64,000 nt of DNA from a bacterium (lineage in GTDB: Bacteria > UBA8248). Made by a program: the position numbers and the translations under genes. The notes under the pieces are model-generated. The model saw only the letters and a list, made by a program, of their open reading frames with translations. It did not search any database and was not told the origin of the DNA. How positions within the stretch are numbered: the first letter of the stretch is position 1; every line of letters starts with the position of its first letter. The stretch covers positions 1,696,001 to 1,760,000 of the forward strand of contig CBDBEV010000001.1 in assembly GCA_965204535.1 (NCBI GenBank). The letters are read 5' to 3'. This document shows, piece after piece, positions 28,062-37,733 of the stretch.

Positions 28062-30878
28062 TCAAAGATTCAGCACGCCTTGCAGGTCGCCGGGCGTTTC
28101 GCGAATCGCCGCCGCCTGTTGGGTGAGTTCCGGCCAAACGGCTATCAGGCCGTTCCATGCGGTCGCCTCCGCCGCATCCTTTCGCTTGTTGGCCGCGATG
28201 TCGTAGAGGCAATAGGCCAAATCCCTGGTTGCATCGGCATATCTGGGGCCGATTTTCTTGAGAAGCACGGCGGCCCCGTCTTCGCCGCCATGCTCCAAAG
28301 CGCGGACGAGATGTTGGCTGCACTCCCAGACGGTGAGATGCCCGTCCTGCGCCGGGTCCCAACCCGAGTCGAGCTCGTCGCGTCCAAGGATGCGGACCTT
28401 GCCGCCGGAAGCCTCGGCGATCCCGGCATGACGCACGCTTTCCACCGAGATGCCGCGCGCCGTAGCGATGCTGTTCGCCGCACCGAAATCACCCTCCGTC
28501 ATGCCGTGCTGCTCGTACCAGGTGAGGGCGAAGCGCGTTTCGGCGTCGAACTCGCCTTGGATACCGCCTAGATATTCGTCGAGTTCGAGGTTGATAAGTT
28601 GTAGCGCGGTCTTCACGGGCATTGGCGTGTCGGCGGCTTCCAGCACGGCCTTGCAGCGGCTGAACACGGCCATGCCCGGGCCTATGGCCGCCTGCGGCAT
28701 GTCGGCGGGTGCGATGTTCGCTTGTTGTAACGTCTCAATAGCTGGTTGGAGTTCTCGCTTGAGCGTGCGGATAAATTCCGCGCGGCTTAAGATCTCAGCA
28801 TTATCGTCTCGTTTGCGGCAGACGAGTACGACCGAGTTGGCAAGAGCGTTCACATTTTTCTTAAGATTTCCGGTCAATTCACTGCGGATTGGCCACGTCC
28901 CAAAGACAGCATACCCAGCATTGATGACGGCCTGTAGAAAGGTCGCCCAACCAGCTGAATTTATATGCTCTTGTTTAACCTCGCTTTGTTTAAAGGCATA
29001 CCAAATGACTGCGGGAAATTCGTAGGATGATTTTTGCGCCATATTGGTGATAGCCTTTGACATGCCATCCAGAAAAAACGATTCTGCCGCTTCCTTTCCT
29101 CCGTGTCGATAGGACGTGGCAACCAGTTCTTCCTGCTTTGGGGTCGCAAGCACATCGAACAAGTCTGGATAAACTGACTGAAGGGTGGGCCTCATCCAGC
29201 AAAAGAAAAAATCAGAGAGGTCGGCATAGGCGATATTGTCGTAGTAGGGCGGGTCAGTGGAAATTACTATGTGTTCCGGAAAAGAAGCGTTTTGCGCTTC
29301 CTGTTGATTGATCTCCCCCTTGGAACCCAATCCCAATTTAACGATGACTTTTGTCAAGTAATCGAGTTGTCCTAGGAAATTACCACTGGAGTTACTGAAT
29401 GGATTACCCTCGCAAAAATCCCAGACCATAGGTAGTGCTTGTCGGGCGAATACCTGTTCTACTGTTTGACGTCCGGTGTGCCAGAACGTTAACGAAGACT
29501 GCCGATTGGCGAGGCGACCGATATTCAACCCCAAATACACACTCACCGCCTCGGCATAGGCTTTTGTGCCGGTTCCACCTTCGCGCAGTGGAGTAGGGTC
29601 GTCGGAAAAACCCGTCATCAGAGCGTCCCGTTCTATTTCATAGCGGGCCTCATGCGCCAACTCGCTGAAGGTGCTCAGCGCGACAAGCTGCCGGTCAGTG
29701 AAGAGCTTCCCCCATTGATCCAACCCATAACCATGACAAGTGCCGCCTGTGAGCTTCGATGGAGTGTCGGCTGATAGAAATGTATTGCGGCATTTTTGAG
29801 CAATGTCGCTCATTTGGGGTGATTTTGCCGCAGCAGTGTGTAAGTCACTAGGAGCGAAATAGTTGCGGCTACGTTTCCCTTGGGTGACTATAGCGATAAG
29901 AGTTTGACTCATTTTTCCAGATTTGCCGCATTTTTTCACATAGTCTGCAGTGATAGCAGCACCGGATAACAGACACTGAAATATTCCACGCCCCGCTTTT
30001 GTTCCTGCCTTTGCTGCTAAAATTTCGTCCTTAGCCCCGGCTTTTCGGATACGGTAGCGGATTGTCTTCTCTGACTTGTCTAAAATAGGCTCGATCCATA
30101 CTTCTTTCCCGGCTTTGGAATTCAGTAGAAAACTCGATGCAATAGGCACCTGCACCTCAGAAAACGCCGGGTCCGGGCTCGGCACGGTGCGCGCCCAAAT
30201 CCAAGCGATCACCGTCGCCTTCCCGCCACCATGTTCCTTGGGCAAATCCACCTGCGGATACAGATGACCGATGTACTCGAAAGCTCGCTCTCGCATCCAT
30301 GCGCCGTAGTATTTGACGTCCTCGGCCAGGCCTTCCGCGTTACGGTAATGGTTGCGCTCTCTCGGGCCCGGGTGCGCCGGCTCTCTATCTTTGAACAGTG
30401 GGGGTATCTCGATCATCGCCTTGCCGATCACGACGGCCACGGGGTTCAGATCGCTGCCGTAGGCGGGAAGGCCCAGGCGCTGGGCCTCAAGCGGGATGGA
30501 GCCGCCGCCCGAGAAAGGATCGTAGATAGGGGGTAATTCGCCGTTACAACTTCGGGCAATCTCGGCGCGGGCGCGCACGAGTACCTCTTCGTTGGTGGAG
30601 TTCTCCCACTTTACAAGGTCTTCGATGATGGCGAAGAGCCGCTTGCGCTCTTTATCCTCAGCCTCTTGGGTGGGGAATTTATCGGGATGGCTGGAGGGGT
30701 CGTCCACCAGTTGCGCGAACAGGACCGCGCGGCAGGCCGCCAGCGGCCTGCGCGCCCACCACAGGTGGAGCGTGGAAGGGTGGCCGTGGCGGATCGATTT
30801 CTCCCGCGCCGATGCGGCGTTGATCGCATCGAGCGGAAGCGCAACCTCAATGAGTTTTTTCTTAACGCCTGGGTCCAT
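28062..30878 (-). CDS. DUF1156 adenine DNA methyltransferase, copy A
   Basis: Same motifs as copy B; near-identical termini and divergent centre. Confidence 0.92.
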   Translation of the reverse strand: MDPGVKKKLIEVALPLDAINAASAREKSIRHGHPSTLHLWWARRPLAACRAVLFAQLVDDPSSHPDKFPTQEAEDKERKRLFAIIEDLVKWENSTNEEVLVRARAEIARSCNGELPPIYDPFSGGGSIPLEAQRLGLPAYGSDLNPVAVVIGKAMIEIPPLFKDREPAHPGPRERNHYRNAEGLAEDVKYYGAWMRERAFEYIGHLYPQVDLPKEHGGGKATVIAWIWARTVPSPDPAFSEVQVPIASSFLLNSKAGKEVWIEPILDKSEKTIRYRIRKAGAKDEILAAKAGTKAGRGIFQCLLSGAAITADYVKKCGKSGKMSQTLIAIVTQGKRSRNYFAPSDLHTAAAKSPQMSDIAQKCRNTFLSADTPSKLTGGTCHGYGLDQWGKLFTDRQLVALSTFSELAHEARYEIERDALMTGFSDDPTPLREGGTGTKAYAEAVSVYLGLNIGRLANRQSSLTFWHTGRQTVEQVFARQALPMVWDFCEGNPFSNSSGNFLGQLDYLTKVIVKLGLGSKGEINQQEAQNASFPEHIVISTDPPYYDNIAYADLSDFFFCWMRPTLQSVYPDLFDVLATPKQEELVATSYRHGGKEAAESFFLDGMSKAITNMAQKSSYEFPAVIWYAFKQSEVKQEHINSAGWATFLQAVINAGYAVFGTWPIRSELTGNLKKNVNALANSVVLVCRKRDDNAEILSRAEFIRTLKRELQPAIETLQQANIAPADMPQAAIGPGMAVFSRCKAVLEAADTPMPVKTALQLINLELDEYLGGIQGEFDAETRFALTWYEQHGMTEGDFGAANSIATARGISVESVRHAGIAEASGGKVRILGRDELDSGWDPAQDGHLTVWECSQHLVRALEHGGEDGAAVLLKKIGPRYADATRDLAYCLYDIAANKRKDAAEATAWNGLIAVWPELTQQAAAIRETPGDLQGVLNL

Positions 30879-31031
30879 GAACTAGCCTCGTGTTCGTTCT
30901 TTTTGGCGTTGTTACGTCGTTATTCCGTTTTCAAAAGCGCTTTTCATCTCCCCGATAAAGCGCTCAAGTCGGCACCGCCGCATCTATGAGCGTATCAAGC
31001 GTAAGGGCGGCCCCGATGAGTTATTTGCTTG

Positions 31032-32051
31032 TCACCTAGTAGCTACAAGTCCGGCTGTTTTAGAAATGTTTTTGGCCAATTCTTTGTAATCACCATAGGC
31101 TTTGTTTACGGCTATCGAATGGCTGCCGATGGCCCCATCGGCGGAAGTCAACTGAAAGATCGGCTTGCGCATCTCTTGGGCCATCGGCACGAGGCTGCGG
31201 TAATGACGAATGGTAGCCAGGCAATTTCCGTCTTCCGCTGGAGTATTGGCCGGAGGCAGTAATTCGTCTGCTGCGCCTCCCAACATTTCGGCGTATTCCG
31301 CGGGCATTCTGTTGACCCATTTGTCATAAGCCTTGGCCGGTCGATCCAACCTGACCCCGTGTTGCTGAATAATATAACCTACGGGCTGCATCCTGCCCTC
31401 TGGCAGCGGAAAATCTGGATTCTCCCAGTTCTCCAGTCGTTTTCTCCAATCCTGGCGCCATTGGCGCAACGTCGGGCCAAGGTTGCGCAAACCCTGAAGT
31501 GAGAAGAGATCGGCCGCTAGAGGCACGATGACCTTGTCCGTCGCTATCAACGCCGACCGGTTGATGGCTCCGAGATTGGGGCCGACGTCGGCAATGATCA
31601 CCGTCGCATCGCATTTTTCCGCCCCGTTCTGCATCACAATCCAAAAGCTTGAAAGGATACGAAACGCCCGGTACAGGCTATCGGAGCCGAGGGCGTTTGG
31701 CCACTGCTCCGACAGCGTGCTCTCGAAACCGGACAGCGCCAGGTCACCAGGCAAAACGGAAAGTGACGACGTAATTCTTTGAACGTCCGGCGGCAGGAGA
31801 TCGCCGACTTCCGTCAGCGGCTTGACGCACTGAAAGATAGTCGCGCCGCGATTTTCCTTTTGTCCCCCATTCCAGATTTCTTCCAAGAAATCCTCTTCGA
31901 GAAACGCCGCCGTCAGGTTGGCTTGCGGATCCAAATCGCACACGAGCACGGTATGGCCGATTTCAGACAGCATCCAGGCCAGATGATAGGCAAGCGAAGT
32001 CTTGCCCACGCCGCCCTTGTTGTTGAAAAACGTAAGAACTGGAACGGTCAT
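31032..32051 (-). CDS. ParA/MinD-like ATPase (AAA_31)
   Basis: FFNNKGGVGKTS deviant Walker A, DLDPQANLT, DVGPNLG; ATGA overlap with upstream gene. Confidence 0.88.
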   Translation of the reverse strand: MTVPVLTFFNNKGGVGKTSLAYHLAWMLSEIGHTVLVCDLDPQANLTAAFLEEDFLEEIWNGGQKENRGATIFQCVKPLTEVGDLLPPDVQRITSSLSVLPGDLALSGFESTLSEQWPNALGSDSLYRAFRILSSFWIVMQNGAEKCDATVIIADVGPNLGAINRSALIATDKVIVPLAADLFSLQGLRNLGPTLRQWRQDWRKRLENWENPDFPLPEGRMQPVGYIIQQHGVRLDRPAKAYDKWVNRMPAEYAEMLGGAADELLPPANTPAEDGNCLATIRHYRSLVPMAQEMRKPIFQLTSADGAIGSHSIAVNKAYGDYKELAKNISKTAGLVATR

Positions 32052-33256
32052 CCGTTCTTTCCTTCGATAATTGCCAAAATGAAGTTGTCGTTCACTTCAA
32101 ATCGAAGCTCGGGGTTTCCATTGTCTACAAGCGCCTTACGCGCATTCGCGATGCCTACCCCGAAGCGTTGCACGAAACCGAGCACTTTCATGGCTTCCGC
32201 CAGGTTCGGGTTGCGGTAGTCGGTCACGCCAGGCCGCCCGAAATTCTCCCGCGTCACACTGCCGAACGGCCCACCAGGATTCTGGAACTCAATGCGATTA
32301 TTAAACCATGTAATCCTTACCGGCGCGTTTGTGCCTTCGTAAGTTCGGTGCATAATTGCATTCCGCGAAATCTGCTGAAGAGCGACGAGTGGATAGGATG
32401 GTGATCTGAGTTCCGTATCCGATGTCGTCAAATCGACTCGCGTATGGATATGCGCTTTCATCTTCTCGTCAATCCGCCTTACTACCAAGGCCAAATCACC
32501 GCTGATTTCTTCCTCGTCGATTACGTCGTCCGACAATTCCGTTCCGTCAATACGGAGAAACTGAACCCATGCGTTGAAGATATCATCCCGAGGACTCGTG
32601 CCGAATGTTAAGAGGCCAAGGACGGTCGGTATGGGTTCGTCTGCCGAGGCAACCATTTTCGTAGCCGCGAGGCGTTCGGTCAGGCTTCGCTCGTTTTCTT
32701 CGAGGGTTTCCGCATCAAATGCCCTAGGAAGGTATTCATTTTCAAACTGGTATTGATTCAAGGCAGAGATATCGGCAGTCGGCACGGGTTGGATGTCGAA
32801 GGGTATATCCAGGGCGCGTCTTTTCTCGTTAAGAATGCGCTCATCTTGCGCCGTCGCAACGTCGCGCCTCGGGCCAATCCGTACATGGATGCGCCCTCGA
32901 TAACGCACCGGAGGGGAGTCCGACGGCGTCACGGTGACAACGGCCACGTCGCTACCCATCATCTCTCTCTTCTCGACCAGCATGGTAGGCGGCGGCACAA
33001 TCTGGCCGTCACTCTTCACGTCGGCAAGTTGACGCAAAACCTCATCCGTAATTCTCAGTCCCGTTGGTCGCCCTTTGTCGTCGACACCCACAAACAAGAT
33101 GCCCGGCTGCCCGGAGCCCGGCAAGTCGTTGGCAAAGGCGCAAACTGCTCTTCTGATATCACGCGGAGTTTGTCCACCTAGGCTTTCTTTGAACTCAACG
33201 CGAAAATTCTCCCCCTCTTCGAGAAGTCTTTCCAGTTCCTGATCATCCAATCTCAT
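32048..33256 (-). CDS. AlbA_2 (Schlafen-like) domain plus HATPase_c_4 domain protein
   Basis: GENFRVEFKES...VCAFAN...GILFVGVDDKG; NAIMHRTY...NPGG...YRNPNLAEAMKVLGFVQRFGVG. Confidence 0.85.
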   Translation of the reverse strand: MRLDDQELERLLEEGENFRVEFKESLGGQTPRDIRRAVCAFANDLPGSGQPGILFVGVDDKGRPTGLRITDEVLRQLADVKSDGQIVPPPTMLVEKREMMGSDVAVVTVTPSDSPPVRYRGRIHVRIGPRRDVATAQDERILNEKRRALDIPFDIQPVPTADISALNQYQFENEYLPRAFDAETLEENERSLTERLAATKMVASADEPIPTVLGLLTFGTSPRDDIFNAWVQFLRIDGTELSDDVIDEEEISGDLALVVRRIDEKMKAHIHTRVDLTTSDTELRSPSYPLVALQQISRNAIMHRTYEGTNAPVRITWFNNRIEFQNPGGPFGSVTRENFGRPGVTDYRNPNLAEAMKVLGFVQRFGVGIANARKALVDNGNPELRFEVNDNFILAIIEGKNG

Positions 33257-36200
33257 TTCGGCGCCTCCGCACGTTCCAGCAGCCGTTTCAAATTGTACTG
33301 GATGGCGTCCTGCTCGAAGTTCGGTTCGTGTTCATCCAAAGCGCCCCGGACATAGCGTGGCGCATTTGAAGAGCCGTTACTCACTTCAACTATCGCGAGA
33401 ATGAACTTTTCCGGCTCGTGTAATGAAGTGATGATCTCCTGGCGGGTAATCATAACGGATTGAGCGCCATCCGCTCGACCTTTGACCTCGATGAACCGAT
33501 AACCCTTGGCGTCGGGGTCGAAAGATTCGATGTCGTAGCCGACCTTTTTCGCCGAGACGTCGACCGGTTTGTTGCCAAGCTCCCGCTCGATTTCCATGAC
33601 TGCATTCATGGCTGCCAGCTCGATTTCCCGCCGTGCATCTACGTCGGCTGAAAAATCCTCAGAGACACCCTCATCTATCAGACCACGAGGGATGACGAGC
33701 ATGCCGCCGCGAACGCGAGGGGGTCGGGACGAGATGAATTTCTCCTGCTCCAGAAGTACCATACGCCGCTGCAGGCGATCAGCCAAATCCTCGGCGCGCT
33801 GCTTGGCGTTTTGCCAATTCAGCCTCGTCTTCCTGCCGGCGCGCTCCTGTTCTTTCAGCTCGAAGGCGCGGGAATCCCAATAGTTAATCTCTTTCTTCAG
33901 ACGCGCTTCAACTTCACGCTCGACTTTTTCGATTTCCGGCAGGCGGCGCGCCCGGATAGCCTCGACATGCTCGCGCGCCAACTCCGTAGTCGCGAACTCC
34001 GTCGCCCTTTGCTCAAAATCGCTCCGCAACCACGCCTCGGTCGATGCGTCCTCGATGAATGCGATCTCCTCCTGACGAGCGGGGCGCAGGTTAAGGTGCG
34101 GTGCGATTCCCGCGCTGTTCACAGCGCCATCCTTGCCGATGGCCGCAAACTGGAGTTTTTCAGAAACGATGTGCGGCTTTCCGGTTGCTGTCGTCCGCGC
34201 GTCCTGGACGCTGTGCTCCAGCAGCACCACGGCCGATAACGCTTCGCTCGGGTCAGTTTCATCAACCAGGACCGCACCCTGCTGCATCAGATAGCCGTAC
34301 TTCTCGCGTATGATGCTGATCACGGCTTCGAGTAGCGGGTGTCCGGGCGCAACAAAAACGGCGACGGGCTGCTGGTCAATCTTGTCTTTCTCGAAGCAGA
34401 TGCGCTCGTAGCGTCTTTGTACAACAGCTCCGAAGCCGACCTGGCGGTCGCGTTCTCGAATGGCAGCAGGAACATGGGTAATCTCCCAGCGGCCTACTTC
34501 GCGCTTTTTCATGCGTCCGCCGAGATGCTGGAATGCCTCAATGAAAAAGCTCTGGATATGGCAGGGTTGTAGGCGCTGGGCTTCTGCACGCTCCATTTCG
34601 AGCCGAAGCTCCTCGACCGTAGCCGCCCCAAGAGAGTCATTGGTCAGGGCGCGGCGCTCTAATAGTCGCAATAAACGGTCTTGATCCGCTGCACCGTCGA
34701 CTTTTTGGAACAGCCGGGCCTTCACCTCTTCCTGCTCGCCGTACTGAATCGCCTCGAACAGGAGGTCTTTGAGCGCCGTATCCTCAAAGAGTTCCCCGAG
34801 CACATCGTAGACACGTCCCCCGAGCGCCTCGCGCGCAGTTTCCAGCTTGTCCAGCAACCGTGCATAAACTTCCCCCTCGCGCGTGTCCGTTGCAACCAGA
34901 TTCCACAAGTGACAAACCTCGGTCTGCCCGATGCGGTGAATGCGCCCGAAGCGCTGCTCGATCCGGTTCGGGTTCCAGGGCAGGTCATAATTGACCATCA
35001 GATGCCCGCGCTGGAGGTTCACTCCCTCACCTGCTGCATCGTTCGCGACCAGCACCAGCAAATCGCGGTCGGCCATGAAACGCTCAACGATCTTGCGCCG
35101 TTCTTCGCGGCGGACGCCGCCATGGATGGCCGCTACCGCCTCGGGGTTGCCCAGGCGCGCGCGGATTTTATCGACAAGGTAGTTGAGCGTGTCCTTGGGT
35201 TCCGTGAAGACGATGAGCTTCCGCCGGACACCGCTTGGGTCCGTCATCAATGGGTCATCCAGAATTCGGTCGAGTTGCGACCACTTCGTGTCCTGCCCCG
35301 AATGGAGCACGCCAAGCGCCTGGCGCTCCAGACTCTGGAGCGTCTCAATCTCCAAGGCGAGTTGCTCGGCCGTCTCGGACGCTGTGGATCCTGTAGCGAT
35401 GCGCTCTTCCAAGGCTTCTGCTTCGTCTTGGCCGAATTCTTCGAAGTCCTGCCACTCTTCATCATCCACTTCCATAGCGCCAGGACGAACCCCTTGACTT
35501 TTCGCTGCCAGTCGCGCCTCGCCAAGCTGAAACTCGAGCCGCTTACGCCGACGCTTCAGGGACTGGTAGATCGCAGCTGGGGAAGAGGCAAGTCTGCGCT
35601 GTAGGATTTGCAGGGCGAACCCGACAGTGTTTCGCTTCCGCCCGTCGCTTTCCGCAAAGCGCTGGACGCGGTTCATCTCTTTGCGGACATAGTTGGTGAC
35701 AGCGGTATAAAGAGCGGCTTCGTCGGGCGAGAGTTCGTACTTCGCGGTGTAGGCGCGCCGCTCTGGGAACAAGGGTCGCGCATCGAAGCGCAGCAACTCT
35801 TCCTTGGTAAGTCTGCGCATCAGGTCTTCGGTGTCGGCTAAATGAACGCCGTCGCGGAATCGCCCTTCGAACCTGTCGCCATCCAGCAGCGCCATGAAAA
35901 GCTGAAAATCCTCCTCCTTGCCGTTGTGGGGTGTCGCGGTCATGAGCAGGAAATGGCGGCAAACCCGGCCCAGAAGCTGGCCAATCCGGTAACGCTTCGT
36001 GTACTTCACCTCACCGCCGAACCAGGTGGCGGCCATACGGTGGGCCTCGTCGCAAACAATCAAATCCCATTCGGTGGCTTGTTCGAGCTTCTCCTGAAGC
36101 GTTTCGTCACGCGCCAACATGTCGAGGCGCGCGATCAGCCAGTTGCGGTCCTCAAAGGGATTCCCGGAACGTGAGGACTCGATCATCTCGCGAGTGAGGA

Positions 36201-36744
36201 TATCGAATTCCAGACCGAATTTTTCTCCGAACTCGTCCTGCCATTGCTCGACCAAGCTTCCGGGGGCAACGATCAGGCAACGTTCCAGAGCGGCACGCGC
36301 GATGAGTTCTTTAATCAGCAGCCCGGCCATGATCGTCTTGCCCGCGCCCGGATCGTCGGCGAGCAGAAAGCGTAACGGTTGGCGTGGGATCATCTCGTCA
36401 TAGACGGCGGATATCTGGTGGGGCAGCGGGTCCACACGGCTGGTGTGGATGGCGAGGTAAGGATCGAAGTGGTACGCGAGTTCTATCCGGTTCGCCTCTG
36501 TGACCAATCGCAGGAGCGCCCCGTCGCCGTCGAATGACCATGTTCGGCCACGCTCGTCGATGCCAAGGCGCGGTTCATCATCACGATATAGAGTAGTCTC
36601 TGACACGCTGCCGTTCGGATCACGATAGATCAGATTTATCGCCTGGTTGCCAATCCATTCGACCGAAACTACTTGCACCGGCTGGTCTGGAACCACTCCT
36701 CGGACCATGGTGCCAGGGCCGATGTCTTCAAGCACACTCATCAA
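33253..36744 (-). CDS. SNF2-family helicase with C-terminal DUF3883 nuclease
   Basis: LLADDPGAGKT, DEAH, TATPH, EGVNLQ, EQRFGRIHRIGQ; C-terminal GYDIES...FIEVKGR. Confidence 0.93.
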   Translation of the reverse strand: MMSVLEDIGPGTMVRGVVPDQPVQVVSVEWIGNQAINLIYRDPNGSVSETTLYRDDEPRLGIDERGRTWSFDGDGALLRLVTEANRIELAYHFDPYLAIHTSRVDPLPHQISAVYDEMIPRQPLRFLLADDPGAGKTIMAGLLIKELIARAALERCLIVAPGSLVEQWQDEFGEKFGLEFDILTREMIESSRSGNPFEDRNWLIARLDMLARDETLQEKLEQATEWDLIVCDEAHRMAATWFGGEVKYTKRYRIGQLLGRVCRHFLLMTATPHNGKEEDFQLFMALLDGDRFEGRFRDGVHLADTEDLMRRLTKEELLRFDARPLFPERRAYTAKYELSPDEAALYTAVTNYVRKEMNRVQRFAESDGRKRNTVGFALQILQRRLASSPAAIYQSLKRRRKRLEFQLGEARLAAKSQGVRPGAMEVDDEEWQDFEEFGQDEAEALEERIATGSTASETAEQLALEIETLQSLERQALGVLHSGQDTKWSQLDRILDDPLMTDPSGVRRKLIVFTEPKDTLNYLVDKIRARLGNPEAVAAIHGGVRREERRKIVERFMADRDLLVLVANDAAGEGVNLQRGHLMVNYDLPWNPNRIEQRFGRIHRIGQTEVCHLWNLVATDTREGEVYARLLDKLETAREALGGRVYDVLGELFEDTALKDLLFEAIQYGEQEEVKARLFQKVDGAADQDRLLRLLERRALTNDSLGAATVEELRLEMERAEAQRLQPCHIQSFFIEAFQHLGGRMKKREVGRWEITHVPAAIRERDRQVGFGAVVQRRYERICFEKDKIDQQPVAVFVAPGHPLLEAVISIIREKYGYLMQQGAVLVDETDPSEALSAVVLLEHSVQDARTTATGKPHIVSEKLQFAAIGKDGAVNSAGIAPHLNLRPARQEEIAFIEDASTEAWLRSDFEQRATEFATTELAREHVEAIRARRLPEIEKVEREVEARLKKEINYWDSRAFELKEQERAGRKTRLNWQNAKQRAEDLADRLQRRMVLLEQEKFISSRPPRVRGGMLVIPRGLIDEGVSEDFSADVDARREIELAAMNAVMEIERELGNKPVDVSAKKVGYDIESFDPDAKGYRFIEVKGRADGAQSVMITRQEIITSLHEPEKFILAIVEVSNGSSNAPRYVRGALDEHEPNFEQDAIQYNLKRLLERAEAPK

Positions 36745-37065
36745 ATGACCTCACCTGCTGAAATGGAATTTCCGCGCACTGTTCTTCTTGACACTGTCAA
36801 TGATCGTTTTCTTGTCAACGAGGAGGGACTATAACATGGTAGTTTCGGTAACGCATTTTGTCTGCGAAAGTTGAAGCTCGTCTATCTAAACGACCTGATG
36901 TACGGGAATACGGAGTACGAAATGAGCGGATACGCAGGAATACCTTACATCTACTGAGTGCTCGCTGCAGACGCTTGGGAAGGATACCGAAGCACATAAT
37001 TTCGTGGATTAGGGCGACCCGGCAACAGGAAAGAAAAGGGAATTATATAGCTGACTAAGCAAAAA

Positions 37066-37158
37066 GGGCTACCCAGGCGGGATTCGAGCCCGCAAGCCCC
37101 CCAGCAGGGCACCAGATTCGCAATCTGGTGTGTATACCGATTCCACCACCGGAATAGC
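37066..37158 (-). tRNA. Non-canonical tRNA-like cloverleaf (class II Leu/Ser-type body, anticodon GCG)
   Basis: Minus strand reads GCTATTCCGG TG GTGGAATCGGTATACAC A CCAGA TTGCGAA TCTGG TGCCCTGCTGGGGGGCTT GCGGG CTCGAAT CCCGC CTGGGTAGC CC: D-arm, 5-bp anticodon stem, long variable arm, 5-bp T stem; irregular acceptor stem; no encoded CCA. Confidence 0.7.
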
Positions 37159-37160
37159 TG

Positions 37161-37284
37161 GCCGAGGACATTCCTGGTTTCGATGTCCTCGGTCATCGCG
37201 CATGTGAACGCCACCCCTCTCAGCCAATGGCAGGAATCTTATGGGATCCCAAACGAGAGGGGTGACTTGCCGCCCATAGGCGGC
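37161..37284 (-). ncRNA. Run of stem-loops directly 5' of the tRNA-like element
   Basis: CCGAGGACAT/ATGTCCTCGG (37162-37192), CACCCCTCTC/GAGAGGGGTG enclosing two small hairpins (37212-37264), GCCGCC/GGCGGC (37269-37284). Confidence 0.5.
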
Positions 37285-37424
37285 CAATTCATTGGGTATT
37301 ACTCATTGAATTAGACGGGGAGACCGATATGCAAATATATCTTTCGAAAGACCGACTGGAATTACGGCCGCAATCAGACGATGAATGGAAAGTCCTACAA
37401 GGACTCGCCATTGCTCTCAAGGCG

Positions 37425-37733
37425 CTACGTTCTGTTCAGGGGGGGATCAAGATCTTCAATCAATAGAGCCTCTATTGCCTTCCGCTTGGCTTCATCCGGA
37501 ACCGTTAGTGCCTGAATGTGGGTAACTCCAAGTTTCACAGCACCTTTCCATTTTTCGTGGGACTTGACCAGACGGGTTGAAAAGCTATCTGTTCGCCCAA
37601 CGTATAGGGGTTCATGCTTGTCTTTTGATGCAATATATTTCGTGAAAATATATACCCCAGGAGCATCGCTCCATTTTTGGGGGATATCGTAAACATTAAA
37701 CTCAAATTCCAACCATTTCATTGTTTCGGGCAT
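37425..37733 (-). CDS. Small stand-alone GIY-YIG nuclease-family protein
   Basis: PGVYIF...PLYVGRT...RL...E.LLI..LDPPLN. Confidence 0.75.
   Translation of the reverse strand: MPETMKWLEFEFNVYDIPQKWSDAPGVYIFTKYIASKDKHEPLYVGRTDSFSTRLVKSHEKWKGAVKLGVTHIQALTVPDEAKRKAIEALLIEDLDPPLNRT

Noticed and set aside
31032-32051. Plasmid or chromosome partition locus
   Set aside because: No parB or parS-like array; the gene is embedded in the defence operon
21931-36744. BREX or DISARM assignment
   Set aside because: No PglZ, BrxL, DrmA/DrmB-type genes recognisable; content fits the DUF499/DUF1156/SNF2 restriction-like class
37066-37158. Canonical tRNA-Arg(GCG) or integrase att site
   Set aside because: The long variable arm, CTC T-loop and bulged acceptor are non-canonical; no second copy or integrase is in the window, though an att origin cannot be excluded
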